DNA of 64,000 nucleotides from Trypanosoma brucei (taxonomy: Eukaryota). Position numbers and translations under genes: made by a program. The notes under the pieces are model-generated. The model was not told the DNA's origin and made no database searches. It saw nothing but the letters and a program-made list of their open reading frames with translations. Location: contig CP000069.1 of NCBI GenBank assembly GCA_000002445.1, positions 896,001-960,000 on the forward strand. Reading direction: 5' to 3'. Below are positions 1 to 8,934 of the stretch, in pieces (the stretch's first letter is position 1; every line of letters starts with the position of its first letter).

Positions 1-35
1 GGACTCTGCGGGCTGAGAGCAGTGAAGTACACCAA

Positions 36-1643
36 ATGTGGGTTGACGAAATTACTCATGTGCTTGAGAGGGAGGCGTTGTTTGACGCAAAAAATACACG
101 TAAAGGTATGGTACTAAAACAAGGACTGTGGACGGGCAAGTGGAGGCAGCGATTCGTGGAACTTGAGGGGTGCCGAATTGCGTATCGTGAAAAGAAAGAG
201 GGTCCGGTACGGCACCGCTATGAAATCGTTTCAGCAGACGTTCGAAGAGGTGAGGAGAGCAAAGGGGACGAACTGTTAGTAACAACAGAAGGGGGTAATT
301 CGTTCTGGCTCAAGTTTACAACGCCCGAGCAGTGTGAAGATTGGATGTGTACTATGTTGCGTGGGGTGAGGCGTTCCTTGCCGTGGCATTGGTTGCCGGT
401 GATACCTCTACGGCATCCTCTCCATTGTGAAATTGGGCTACAATTTCATGCCGCTTCCAGCACTACAAGAGGTGGTTCGACTGTGTACTGCTACGGCGGA
501 TCCCCCACCTCGGCACTCTTTCGTTATCTTCCCTCTAATGATTTATTTGTACCATTAGTTCAACGAGGAACAGTTGTGCGTAATCTCGTGTCTATCCGAC
601 TATCTGCACAGCATCCTATTAGTTTTGTTGACGCCTTGCCGTACGAGGAAAGCGCGCATGCTAAACTCCGTCCACCTCCCTTGCTTGGTGCTGCCATGTG
701 CACCCTCAGGGGTGTCCGTTCCTCTCCACAAGCTGCAGCATCATATACCGATGATTTTAATACAAGCGCCGGTTCTTCTGCCGTTGTGAATGGGAACTCG
801 TGCACAAATTTGGTCGATTGCCTTGTTTTGGTAGGTGGTCGTGGAGATTCAGGTATAATACGTGATGCCACAACAGAGGTGTGGTGGTGCGTTTTCAGTG
901 AAACACGTGGACAGTGGACTCGCTGTGCTGTGGAGAAGTCTGTGCTCCCTAATCGCACGTTCCACACACTAAGTGCCATTAGCCCAAAGGAGGCGATTCT
1001 TGTTGGTGGTGTCGATGAGAACAATCAGCCATGCTCCGAGTGCTTTTCACTGTCTTGGTCCAATGAGATCGACGATGCGGATATTTGCTTCTCTTTCCCA
1101 CCCACAATAACAGCTGTGACCCCTCTTCCATATCCCCTCGCTCTCCACGCAGCGGTGGTAATGAAGGATGGTTCGCTGCTTGTTGTGGGAGGCGGAGATA
1201 CGAGTCGAGGATCACAACCAACCTCTAGTCATTTTTTTCGTTTGGCTGACGTTGGTGGATCGTGGGAACGAGTAACATTAGAACCCCCGCTACCATCCAT
1301 GTACAATATCACCGCCGCGGCGGCTGTTATCGAAGATAAAGAATATGTGCTTGTTTTGGGGGAGCCCCGAAATGCGCGGCGAGTGCCCACGTTGTACAGG
1401 GTAATATTTAAAGACTACACAAAAGGAACTGTGGACGAGATACCATTTGTTAATGAGTTTAAGCCCCAGTGTAGCTATGGAGCGTCAATGCATATATCGG
1501 ATGGCTATTTGTATATTATTGGTGGAAGGGTGTGTGGTCCTGTGGAAAACGACTACGAATCGGGGCTGCCGATGAACGAACCGATTAGGGCAGTGATTGG
1601 CGTTAGGGAGGATCCTGCTAATTATGACGAAAGAGCAGAATAG
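36..1643 (+). CDS. PH-domain + kelch-repeat (beta-propeller) protein; the reading frame is open back to position 3, so the N-terminus could lie upstream of the window
   Basis: N-terminal PH-like segment (KGMVLKQGLWTGKWRQRFVELEGCRIAY...FWLKFTTPEQCEDWM). Four or more kelch-like blades with GG motifs (VLVGGRGD, ILVGGVDEN, LLVVGGGD, LYIIGGR). ATG at 36. Confidence 0.6.
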   Translation: MWVDEITHVLEREALFDAKNTRKGMVLKQGLWTGKWRQRFVELEGCRIAYREKKEGPVRHRYEIVSADVRRGEESKGDELLVTTEGGNSFWLKFTTPEQCEDWMCTMLRGVRRSLPWHWLPVIPLRHPLHCEIGLQFHAASSTTRGGSTVYCYGGSPTSALFRYLPSNDLFVPLVQRGTVVRNLVSIRLSAQHPISFVDALPYEESAHAKLRPPPLLGAAMCTLRGVRSSPQAAASYTDDFNTSAGSSAVVNGNSCTNLVDCLVLVGGRGDSGIIRDATTEVWWCVFSETRGQWTRCAVEKSVLPNRTFHTLSAISPKEAILVGGVDENNQPCSECFSLSWSNEIDDADICFSFPPTITAVTPLPYPLALHAAVVMKDGSLLVVGGGDTSRGSQPTSSHFFRLADVGGSWERVTLEPPLPSMYNITAAAAVIEDKEYVLVLGEPRNARRVPTLYRVIFKDYTKGTVDEIPFVNEFKPQCSYGASMHISDGYLYIIGGRVCGPVENDYESGLPMNEPIRAVIGVREDPANYDERAE

Positions 1644-2726
1644 ATTTTTTTGTCTGTTTTCACAAAACAGAACATGAGGACAGTAAGCATGTAGCCACAC
1701 TACGAAAAAGAAAAAGAGGAGGGGCATCGTACGGAACTATTACATCAGCAAATACATCCGTGTCAACGCACGTGCCAATGCGCTGCTTGCACCAGTAGCG
1801 GTGAGAGATGCTTTAACCATCGTACTCACTGCATTTGTCTTGGTGTGAGAATTCAGTATAATAGAACCCGTGAAATCGTGTAGTGTTGTAAGAGTATTGG
1901 CTGCCGACGCTCGGTGTTCTTTTTCTCTTTTAAATGTTGTATTTATCTCTGCCACCCAGCTGGCACACGTTCGTTCATTGCTTTCCCATCCTTTTATTAT
2001 TATTGTTGTTGGCGGTGCTGCAACCACTTCTTCGTATTATCGCCGTGGCGCGCGCCGCTACTTTATGCAGTGATGGCCGTTTTCTCGTTTCTTTCATTTC
2101 TAAAAACTTTGAACGGCGCTTTCCTCGTCGACGCTTTACATGTCAGCGGTTCATGAAAGCAAATAGTGGCTAGAGAGCTACTGTTGATGCCGAGTTGCTA
2201 AATACCTTGAATAATGGTTTCCTTTGATTTCACTAATGATTTGGCGCCGCTTCTCCCCCTTTTGATATAAATATTGAATATTGTTGCTGTTTTTTTTTTT
2301 TTTATGTGTGTTTGCCTCTCGCTTCATTTTACCACCTGTATCAGAGGTGGAAACACTTCCGCATCTGAAGTGCTGAAGCAATAGCCGTGCTGAGCGAGAA
2401 AGGTAAAAAAGAACGATTGGCGTGACATGATGGATGTACAGGTCTGTTGTGCATCCACAAATATGCATGTTGTAACTCATATGGTATGGAGATCGATGGG
2501 AATCGGTGTTTAGTCAAAATTGAACATTTTCATGAGGGATGTGCTCGGAAGAAATTTCGTTTTTGTTCTCAATCACCTATTTTCCCTCATCTTTTTTTTT
2601 GGTATCGATGAGCAGTATATTCATGCATTTCATCGAATGAATAGAAACGCTGTCTCTTTACTTGGTTGTTATAAATTTCTCTTTCTTACAACTGTCTCCG
2701 GCTCTCAGAAGTTATCCACCCATGTG

Positions 2727-2822
2727 TCCTTTTTTTTTTGTAGTTCATTCGGGGCGTGTCCGATCTCTCCACTTTCTTTTGGTGTTTCTATTTTTTTTTT
2801 CTTTCTTACTCTACATCTCCAC
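2727..2822 (+). promoter_or_regulatory. polypyrimidine tract(s) followed by AG; putative trans-splice acceptor / polyadenylation-coupling region upstream of the 2968 gene
   Basis: Runs of T/C (T10, T11, CT-rich) on the coding strand about 150-240 nt upstream of the ATG. Confidence 0.4.
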
Positions 2823-2967
2823 TCACGGGTCTAAACTTGTACTCAGGGGCACATTCGTATATATATATATTAATATATAGCAAGTACGAGTATCTACGTA
2901 CAAAGGATATATTTAGTCTGTAAAGCTTTGTTGCCTCGCGTACGTAATTGCCTGTACGGCGTACCCA

Positions 2968-3834
2968 ATGCAACCAAGAAAAACGGTTAAAAAAGTAGAT
3001 GTGGAGCCATCACCTGAGGAGGATGCGGAGCTTCTTCCCCATTTGAAGGTATCAGCGAAGTGGTCGGAACGTGCTGCGAACAATGGTAAGAGCTTAAGTC
3101 AGGTGCAATTTCTACTCGGAGCCCTTGGGAAACAATTAGAGGATTGCAATAAGGAACTTGCATCCGTGTACGCAAACGCTGATTTGCTGTCATCACTGCG
3201 TATAACCGAGTACCGGCAGCGTAACACACCTGGTGGGTTGCTTACACCTACACGGAAGGCGCGGACGAAGCGTAACGCATCAACACGTCCAGTGGCGCGG
3301 CAGCAACTGGACGAAAACAGTACGGAAGCACTGATTGCTGCCATGGATGAAAAGAAACGCGCAAGGGTTACAGCTGCACTCATTGCGTTTTTTAAACGGG
3401 ATATGCAAGAGCAAAATAGTCCCGCTTACCAAAACGCTAGCACACCTGTACCTCAGGGTGCGAACCATTCGTCCACGCGCACGTCGCAAACGTTGGGTCG
3501 CATTCCCTCCGCTAATTCCCACACTATGTTATGTGAATCAAACAAAGGTAATCAACCGTCTTGTTCAAATGGGAACGAGTTACCCACTCTTTTGTCTGAG
3601 ACTCAGCAGCAACAGCTTCGGCGGCACCGCGATATACCACCGGAATTGTGGGATGAGATGGCGAAGTTACGACTTAGACGACTCAGCTTAGAAGAGAAAA
3701 TCGGGAGTCTACTCAGTAACATCAACGCGCAAACGGAGCGGTTTGGTTTACTGATGGAGGTCCAAGGGGTTAATTCCTATTCCACGGAAAGTGTGAATCG
3801 CGCGATTGAAATGATACGCCAGAAACGAGCTTGA
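2968..3834 (+). CDS. hypothetical protein, 288 aa, with a predicted C-terminal coiled coil
   Basis: Long ATG-initiated ORF co-directional with its neighbours. Polypyrimidine tract upstream. No recognisable domain. Confidence 0.5.
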   Translation: MQPRKTVKKVDVEPSPEEDAELLPHLKVSAKWSERAANNGKSLSQVQFLLGALGKQLEDCNKELASVYANADLLSSLRITEYRQRNTPGGLLTPTRKARTKRNASTRPVARQQLDENSTEALIAAMDEKKRARVTAALIAFFKRDMQEQNSPAYQNASTPVPQGANHSSTRTSQTLGRIPSANSHTMLCESNKGNQPSCSNGNELPTLLSETQQQQLRRHRDIPPELWDEMAKLRLRRLSLEEKIGSLLSNINAQTERFGLLMEVQGVNSYSTESVNRAIEMIRQKRA

Positions 3835-4189
3835 ACACTCATTCTTCTCTATATGTTTCGTACTGTTACGCTTTTGCATATGTTTTTACCTTTTCACAAC
3901 GATAATAAAGAAAAAAAAAGTAAAAGGCCATGATGCGAGATAACTTTAGTGAATTGAAGTTGCTGGCTTGTGGACTCATTATGTAGTATGGCAAAATGTT
4001 TTTCTGCACAACTTTATTGAGTTATTGCCAGCATATATACACACTCCGCGAATAGCCCTTCCCTTGTTAAAGATGTTGATTCAAAAGTTAACATTTTTCC
4101 TCCACCGAAAATAAAAAGATCATAATATCAGTTTTCCATGGAAATAGGTTATTTCTTCGATATCGTTATCCCCAATTTTTATTGAATGA

Positions 4190-4224
4190 CTTCTCTTCTT
4201 TTTTTCTTTTGGTGGCTTCTGTGA
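4190..4224 (+). promoter_or_regulatory. polypyrimidine tract upstream of the AAA+ gene (putative trans-splice acceptor region)
   Basis: cttctcttctttttttcttttggtggcttctg about 50-80 nt upstream of the ATG at 4273. Confidence 0.4.
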
Positions 4225-4272
4225 TGACACCAGTTCATCATTCTATCAAATTCCTTTCGATCATTTTAGTTA

Positions 4273-6759
4273 ATGAGCTGGAAATATTCGAATCAGGAGA
4301 AGTTATTTTTGCTTCGCAAATGGCCCGAGCTACTGGAAGACGCCATTAACGTTGATGGGGAACTCAGTCTTCCGAAAGATGAAGTCGGTGGGGCTGGAAG
4401 ACAGGCCGATGCAGCGAAAAACAGTTTCAACTTTAGTCCAACATTTCGGCTTCCATTCAAGGCTTGGGAGGCAATTTTCACGCTACTAGACAATATCGCA
4501 CCCACAGACCTGCCGTCTCAACTGTGTGAGGAGCTTCACTCCGTTTACGGTGTTAATCCACTCATCGCACTTATGGTACATTCGTGTTGTTGGTTTGACA
4601 AAGGCATTGATGACAAAGTTTTCAGTGATCAGCTGTCCAGCTTAAGCGGAGTCACGAAGGAACTTCAACTTCAGTCGCAAAATTACAGTATGCCAAGTGA
4701 TCAAAAGGGAGCGCTGGATGCGGCGACCGTCGCGACAGGTATCCTAATCGATGTGCTTTCCTTGAGGAAGCGGTGGGATGAGGGATCTGAGGGCACTGAA
4801 CGAGGCGTAGAGGAAGCAATTAATAGCCTTATTGAGTGGAGTGCTCCGAAGAGACCTGTAATTGAACTTGCGCGTGCGCTCATTGTAGGAGTTGTTGCGT
4901 ATGCCTACGTTAAACCTCAATTTGCTGCCGCTGCAACCAACTTACTGAGAAAAGCGCAAACGTCTGTGAATGAATCCATGGTCGAATGCACTAGGTCCCG
5001 CAGCGGCCGTAGCACCGAAGCTGTTTCTCCCTACAACATAACTGATTGGCGTGTCGTAAAATGTCTCGAGACGGAACTGGTGCTTAGGCAAAAACACCAA
5101 GATATCAGTGACTTTCTCAGTGCGACAAATCGTTGGTGGTTAACGTTACCAGAAACGAATCCTTTTAAAGAGAAAAAAGGTTCTCGCACGGTGAGCGCTG
5201 AGGAACGCTGGCATGCTGTGCGTTCCAGGTATGTTGGGCAGCAACATGTTTGGTCGTCACTGATTGAACATTTCCTTAGTATTGGTGTAGTGGAAGCGGT
5301 TAAACCCACTGTCATTGTTCTCTTTGGGCCGTCGGGCTACGGGAAGTCTGAAATGGCACGGCTCATTGCGTGCGCGCTTCATAAGTGTACCCCTAGCGAG
5401 GCTGAGACGGAGGGCCATTTGGTACACATTCACTTACCGTCGTTTTGTACGCGAGACTCCATCTACTCGCTAGTTGATCCACCTGCAGCTCACATAGGTG
5501 AGGGAATACTCCTTTCAGCACTGCGTAGGAATAAGGAGGCAGTTGTGGTACTTGACGAATTCGAGAAGGGGAGTGCAGAGGCAATTCAGAACTTGTGGTT
5601 ATCCGCCTTTCAAAAACATGGCACGTTGCGGTCCTTGAAGGATGCGGCACGATCTATTTCAACAGAGCGGGTTACCTTTGTACTAACTTGTAACATAGCC
5701 GCTGATGTTATTGCTTCCGATGAGGAGCGCTATTTGAAAGCCTCCAATGAAAAGGAACGGGCGGCGATGCGCGCAGAGTGGACAAAGATATGCATGGATG
5801 TGTGTCGTAAAACGATGCATGATCCGTTTGTCAATCGAGTTGACTACTTCTTTCCCTTCGTGCCGTACACAGTGGAAGAGAAGCAGCAGTTTGTGAAACT
5901 TCAACTCTCCCGCATCATTGAAGATCAGCGAGTGAAAGGGGTGCACATGTATATTGCACCACAGTTGGTCAGGGTGCTTGCCGATCAATTGCAAACGTTT
6001 CACTCGTCGAATATTGAAGGGATATTGAGGCCGTTGTTAATGAAGATATATCAGAAGAAGTGGAAAAAGGCGGTCATCACAGTTGAAGAGAGGATAAACT
6101 GTCATTCGTATGTTGTTATCCCTGCTTCTGACTCGGAAGGGGGAGAAATACCGTGGACCTCAATGCCAGGTGGCGCGAGCTCGTTGGAACATTATGATGG
6201 CCCGGAAAGAACTGGAAATCATTCAGCCGAGAGGCAACAGCGGCGCACAGTAGAGCAGGAAGCCACCAACAGTATCGAGAGTTCTCGCCGGAGTAGTAAA
6301 ATTGCTTCAAACTCACGCGGAAATTCACGTTCAGCAAACCACACCCGAACGTCACAGGTGGCACAGTCTGCGGACTGCGCCATGCTTCTAGAAACGGACG
6401 TTGAGCGGGAACTGAGACTAGAGTTGGAAAAGGCTACAGAGCTGCTACTGGAGAAAGACAAGGAAATTGAGTGTCTGAAACATAAAGTTCTTCTGTTAGA
6501 AAGAATTGTGGCAGTGCTATTGGCAACCACACTATGTTTTATGCTTCTTCTCTCCATGATTATAGGTACAAAAATGGTTCTTATCTTGGCTGTTGCTCTA
6601 ACGGGTTTCATGTCCCTACTCGTTGGAATGCCCTTGAAGCTCTTAATAGGTGCTTTAAGAACCCTTTATAGTGTTCTCGGCCCCATGGGTTCTGCAATCG
6701 CATTTGGTATTATGTCACTGTGGTTGTCGAATGCTGTTCGCAGTGTAGCAACCTGTTGA
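4273..6759 (+). CDS. AAA+ ATPase with a single ClpB-D2-like (AAA_2) module, a C-terminal coiled coil and 2-3 transmembrane helices
   Basis: Walker A VLFGPSGYGKSEMARLIA. Walker B/sensor region VVVLDEFEKGSAEAIQNLWLSAFQKHGTL. VTFVLTCNIA and FVNRVDYFFPF align to the ClpB D2 motifs (GxTGVGKTEL, DEIEKAH..LLQVLDDG, NTVIIMTSN, FxNRIDEVVVF). The hydrophobic C-terminal 90 aa give a predicted membrane anchor. Confidence 0.65.
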   Translation: MSWKYSNQEKLFLLRKWPELLEDAINVDGELSLPKDEVGGAGRQADAAKNSFNFSPTFRLPFKAWEAIFTLLDNIAPTDLPSQLCEELHSVYGVNPLIALMVHSCCWFDKGIDDKVFSDQLSSLSGVTKELQLQSQNYSMPSDQKGALDAATVATGILIDVLSLRKRWDEGSEGTERGVEEAINSLIEWSAPKRPVIELARALIVGVVAYAYVKPQFAAAATNLLRKAQTSVNESMVECTRSRSGRSTEAVSPYNITDWRVVKCLETELVLRQKHQDISDFLSATNRWWLTLPETNPFKEKKGSRTVSAEERWHAVRSRYVGQQHVWSSLIEHFLSIGVVEAVKPTVIVLFGPSGYGKSEMARLIACALHKCTPSEAETEGHLVHIHLPSFCTRDSIYSLVDPPAAHIGEGILLSALRRNKEAVVVLDEFEKGSAEAIQNLWLSAFQKHGTLRSLKDAARSISTERVTFVLTCNIAADVIASDEERYLKASNEKERAAMRAEWTKICMDVCRKTMHDPFVNRVDYFFPFVPYTVEEKQQFVKLQLSRIIEDQRVKGVHMYIAPQLVRVLADQLQTFHSSNIEGILRPLLMKIYQKKWKKAVITVEERINCHSYVVIPASDSEGGEIPWTSMPGGASSLEHYDGPERTGNHSAERQQRRTVEQEATNSIESSRRSSKIASNSRGNSRSANHTRTSQVAQSADCAMLLETDVERELRLELEKATELLLEKDKEIECLKHKVLLLERIVAVLLATTLCFMLLLSMIIGTKMVLILAVALTGFMSLLVGMPLKLLIGALRTLYSVLGPMGSAIAFGIMSLWLSNAVRSVATC

Positions 6760-7361
6760 TCGGTGTTCATGTGTTGTTTAGTACTTTTGCTGTTCTCGCT
6801 GTTTTATCAACTGTTCCCTACGTAAGCTCTTCGCGAATCTTTTTTTTTCTTTGTGATTCCTACTTCACTTCCCCGTGCGAGTGTGGGAGGAAGTGGAGTT
6901 TGTTCTACCTTTAGAACGTGTCACTGCGGTGCCTGCTTACATTATACTGCCGCAAAGGAGTATTGCTGGTGCTGTAAATTCAACAACTCAACCGTGCCGT
7001 TCCAGCCTCTCTCCATTTTTTTCAGGAGCAGTTGTGATTGATGGGGGATTATAATCATCTGTATTTTTCGTTGTTATAATTGCTGTTATTGCTGTCATTA
7101 CGGTTCACTGTTTTCAGAAGAAGAGAAACATTTTTTAAAAAAAAAACTTTGCCAATAATAGTGCCTCAACCGGAAAAGGTAGACAAAAAACAAGAGTGAA
7201 ACTGCCGTTAAAATATATCGATTCAGGTGAAACACTTGCCAGTTTTCACTATTGATTCCGCAAACATATAGTAGCGGCATATCAACGATACAAAAACAAA
7301 GAATACAACAACTGTATAGGAAGAAGCACATATTGCTGTGTTCTTTCACCAAACATATAAT

Positions 7362-7383
7362 TATATATATATATATATATATA
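7362..7383. repeat. (TA)11 dinucleotide microsatellite in the 3' region of the AAA+ gene
   Basis: tatatatatatatatatatata read directly. Confidence 0.9.
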
Positions 7384-7516
7384 CCCACAGTGACATAGAT
7401 ATAGAATAAACTAGCCCTTTCTTATATTATTAAACGCTTTTATTTAGTGTTGCAAACTTAACATATTTGTTTGGAGGTAGTACCGCTTCTATTTAGGTGG
7501 CAAGGAGTGGCTAGCA

Positions 7517-8239
7517 ATGAGTAGCGACAGTTCAGACTCAGAAAAAAGGTTACTTGCATATAAAGTTATTGTTGTTGGTGATGGCGCTGTTGGTAAGACA
7601 TCGCTTATCCGCCGTTACTGCGTAGCGGACTATGGCTCCAATTACAAACAAACTATCGGTCTTGATTTCTACTCAAAAGAAGTTCTACTTCCAGGAAAGC
7701 AAGACGTGAAAATGGAAATATGGGACATTGGAGGACAACAAATTGGTGGTACAATGATTGACAACTACATCATGGGGGCCCACGCCATTTTCTTTGTGTA
7801 CGACGTAACAAACAAGGATTCCTTTAAGAATATAGAAGATTGGCATAGTTGTGTGCGCGACTCTTTGGCTAAGCATGCAAGGGAGACAGCGGAAGAAGGT
7901 GCAGCTGCGGTGGAACCACTCATTGTGTTAGTAGGCAACAAGGCAGATCTCCCTAATCGTCAAGTGTCGGATGCGGATCACATGAAGATGGCGGAGATGC
8001 ATCGGATGGAGTCATGTGTCGTGTCCGCCTGCTCAGGGGAGCGCGTCAATGCGCTCTTCACGCAGTTGGCAGCGACTCTAAGCGGCGTGCGCCTTCCTGA
8101 AGATGCGCTAAATTTGGAAGAGCGCGTCGTTGCTAATTTGCAGTTACTGCCCGAGGACTGTGTGGGGCCAGGGGTTTCTGGACCGGGTGGAGGAAAGGAA
8201 TGTGGAAAAAAAAAGAAGGGTAAATGCGCAGTGATGTAG
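7517..8239 (+). CDS. RAB28: RAB28-type small GTPase
   Basis: G1 GDGAVGKTS. Effector YKQTIGLDF. Atypical switch II WDIGGQQIGG, which is diagnostic of Rab28 (compare human WDIGGQTIGG). NKAD. Polybasic stretch followed by the C-terminal CAAX box CAVM. Confidence 0.8.
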   Translation: MSSDSSDSEKRLLAYKVIVVGDGAVGKTSLIRRYCVADYGSNYKQTIGLDFYSKEVLLPGKQDVKMEIWDIGGQQIGGTMIDNYIMGAHAIFFVYDVTNKDSFKNIEDWHSCVRDSLAKHARETAEEGAAAVEPLIVLVGNKADLPNRQVSDADHMKMAEMHRMESCVVSACSGERVNALFTQLAATLSGVRLPEDALNLEERVVANLQLLPEDCVGPGVSGPGGGKECGKKKKGKCAVM

Positions 8240-8885
8240 TGGTAGCGACAAGAAAATTTCCGCCTTTACCTGTTTGTTGTCTTTTTAAAATATTCTTACT
8301 CATTGTTTGCGTTCACACATGAGAATAACTACCTTTTATTATTGTTGTTATTGTTCCTACCCACCAATGTCACGCAGTAGGTGTTTTATGCGGGCTTGTT
8401 CCCCTTTTGCTTCTTTCCCCCTGCTTCTGTTCCTTCTTCGCACCGTATCCTCTTTCCATTTTTTCCTCTACTTTACTGGCGACGTGGAGTATGATTGGAA
8501 GAGGTAAACTTCATGGATTCGAATTTTGTTCCGTATGGAATGCGCGTCGACTCCCTCTGTTAGCAAACTTGGGTGTGACGCGTATGTCCCAGAATGTTTT
8601 TCTATTTATGCTACGGCAATGGGGAATATATCTTCTTTTTAAAATATCTTATATTCCTTTGTGACGTGTATGGTACACATATATTTTTTAATAGGTTTAT
8701 ATACTTATTTTTGTTTCTGAAGAATTGCTCCATTCGTTCGTTGTAACACTGATCTGTTGTTGGTTTATATATCTTTGGATTTTATTAATATGTTGTTTTC
8801 GTTTACTGTCCTGACTTACATTGTTTGCACTCGGTGCGCTAGTAAAGAAGAATTACAGGTAGAGGTTATCGTAGTTGTTGGGAGA

Positions 8886-8898
8886 TTTTTTTTTTTTT
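8886..8898 (+). promoter_or_regulatory. T13 polypyrimidine tract followed by AG upstream of the ALDH ATG
   Basis: ttttttttttttt then gacttAG, about 37 nt before the ATG at 8935. Confidence 0.45.
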
Positions 8899-8934
8899 GA
8901 CTTAGTAGGGATTCGTATTTCATATAACCATCAG

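Noticed and set aside
464-480. tRNA-like GGTTCGA motif (also at 16416-16426), searched for as a possible tRNA gene
   Set aside because: Both motifs lie inside well-supported CDS, with no flanking acceptor-stem or anticodon-arm complementarity. No convincing tRNA, snoRNA or SL RNA gene was found by eye; a covariance-model scan would be needed to be sure.
7098-7388. 96-aa minus-strand ORF spanning the (TA)n microsatellite
   Set aside because: It is a translation of a TA-repeat and AT-rich 3'UTR (MGIYIYIYIIICL...), a low-complexity artefact.
8875-8934. N-terminal extension MLGDFFFFDLVGIRISYNHQ of the ALDH ORF
   Set aside because: It starts at TTG and translates a T13 splice-acceptor tract. The first ATG at 8935 gives a normal ALDH N-terminus.
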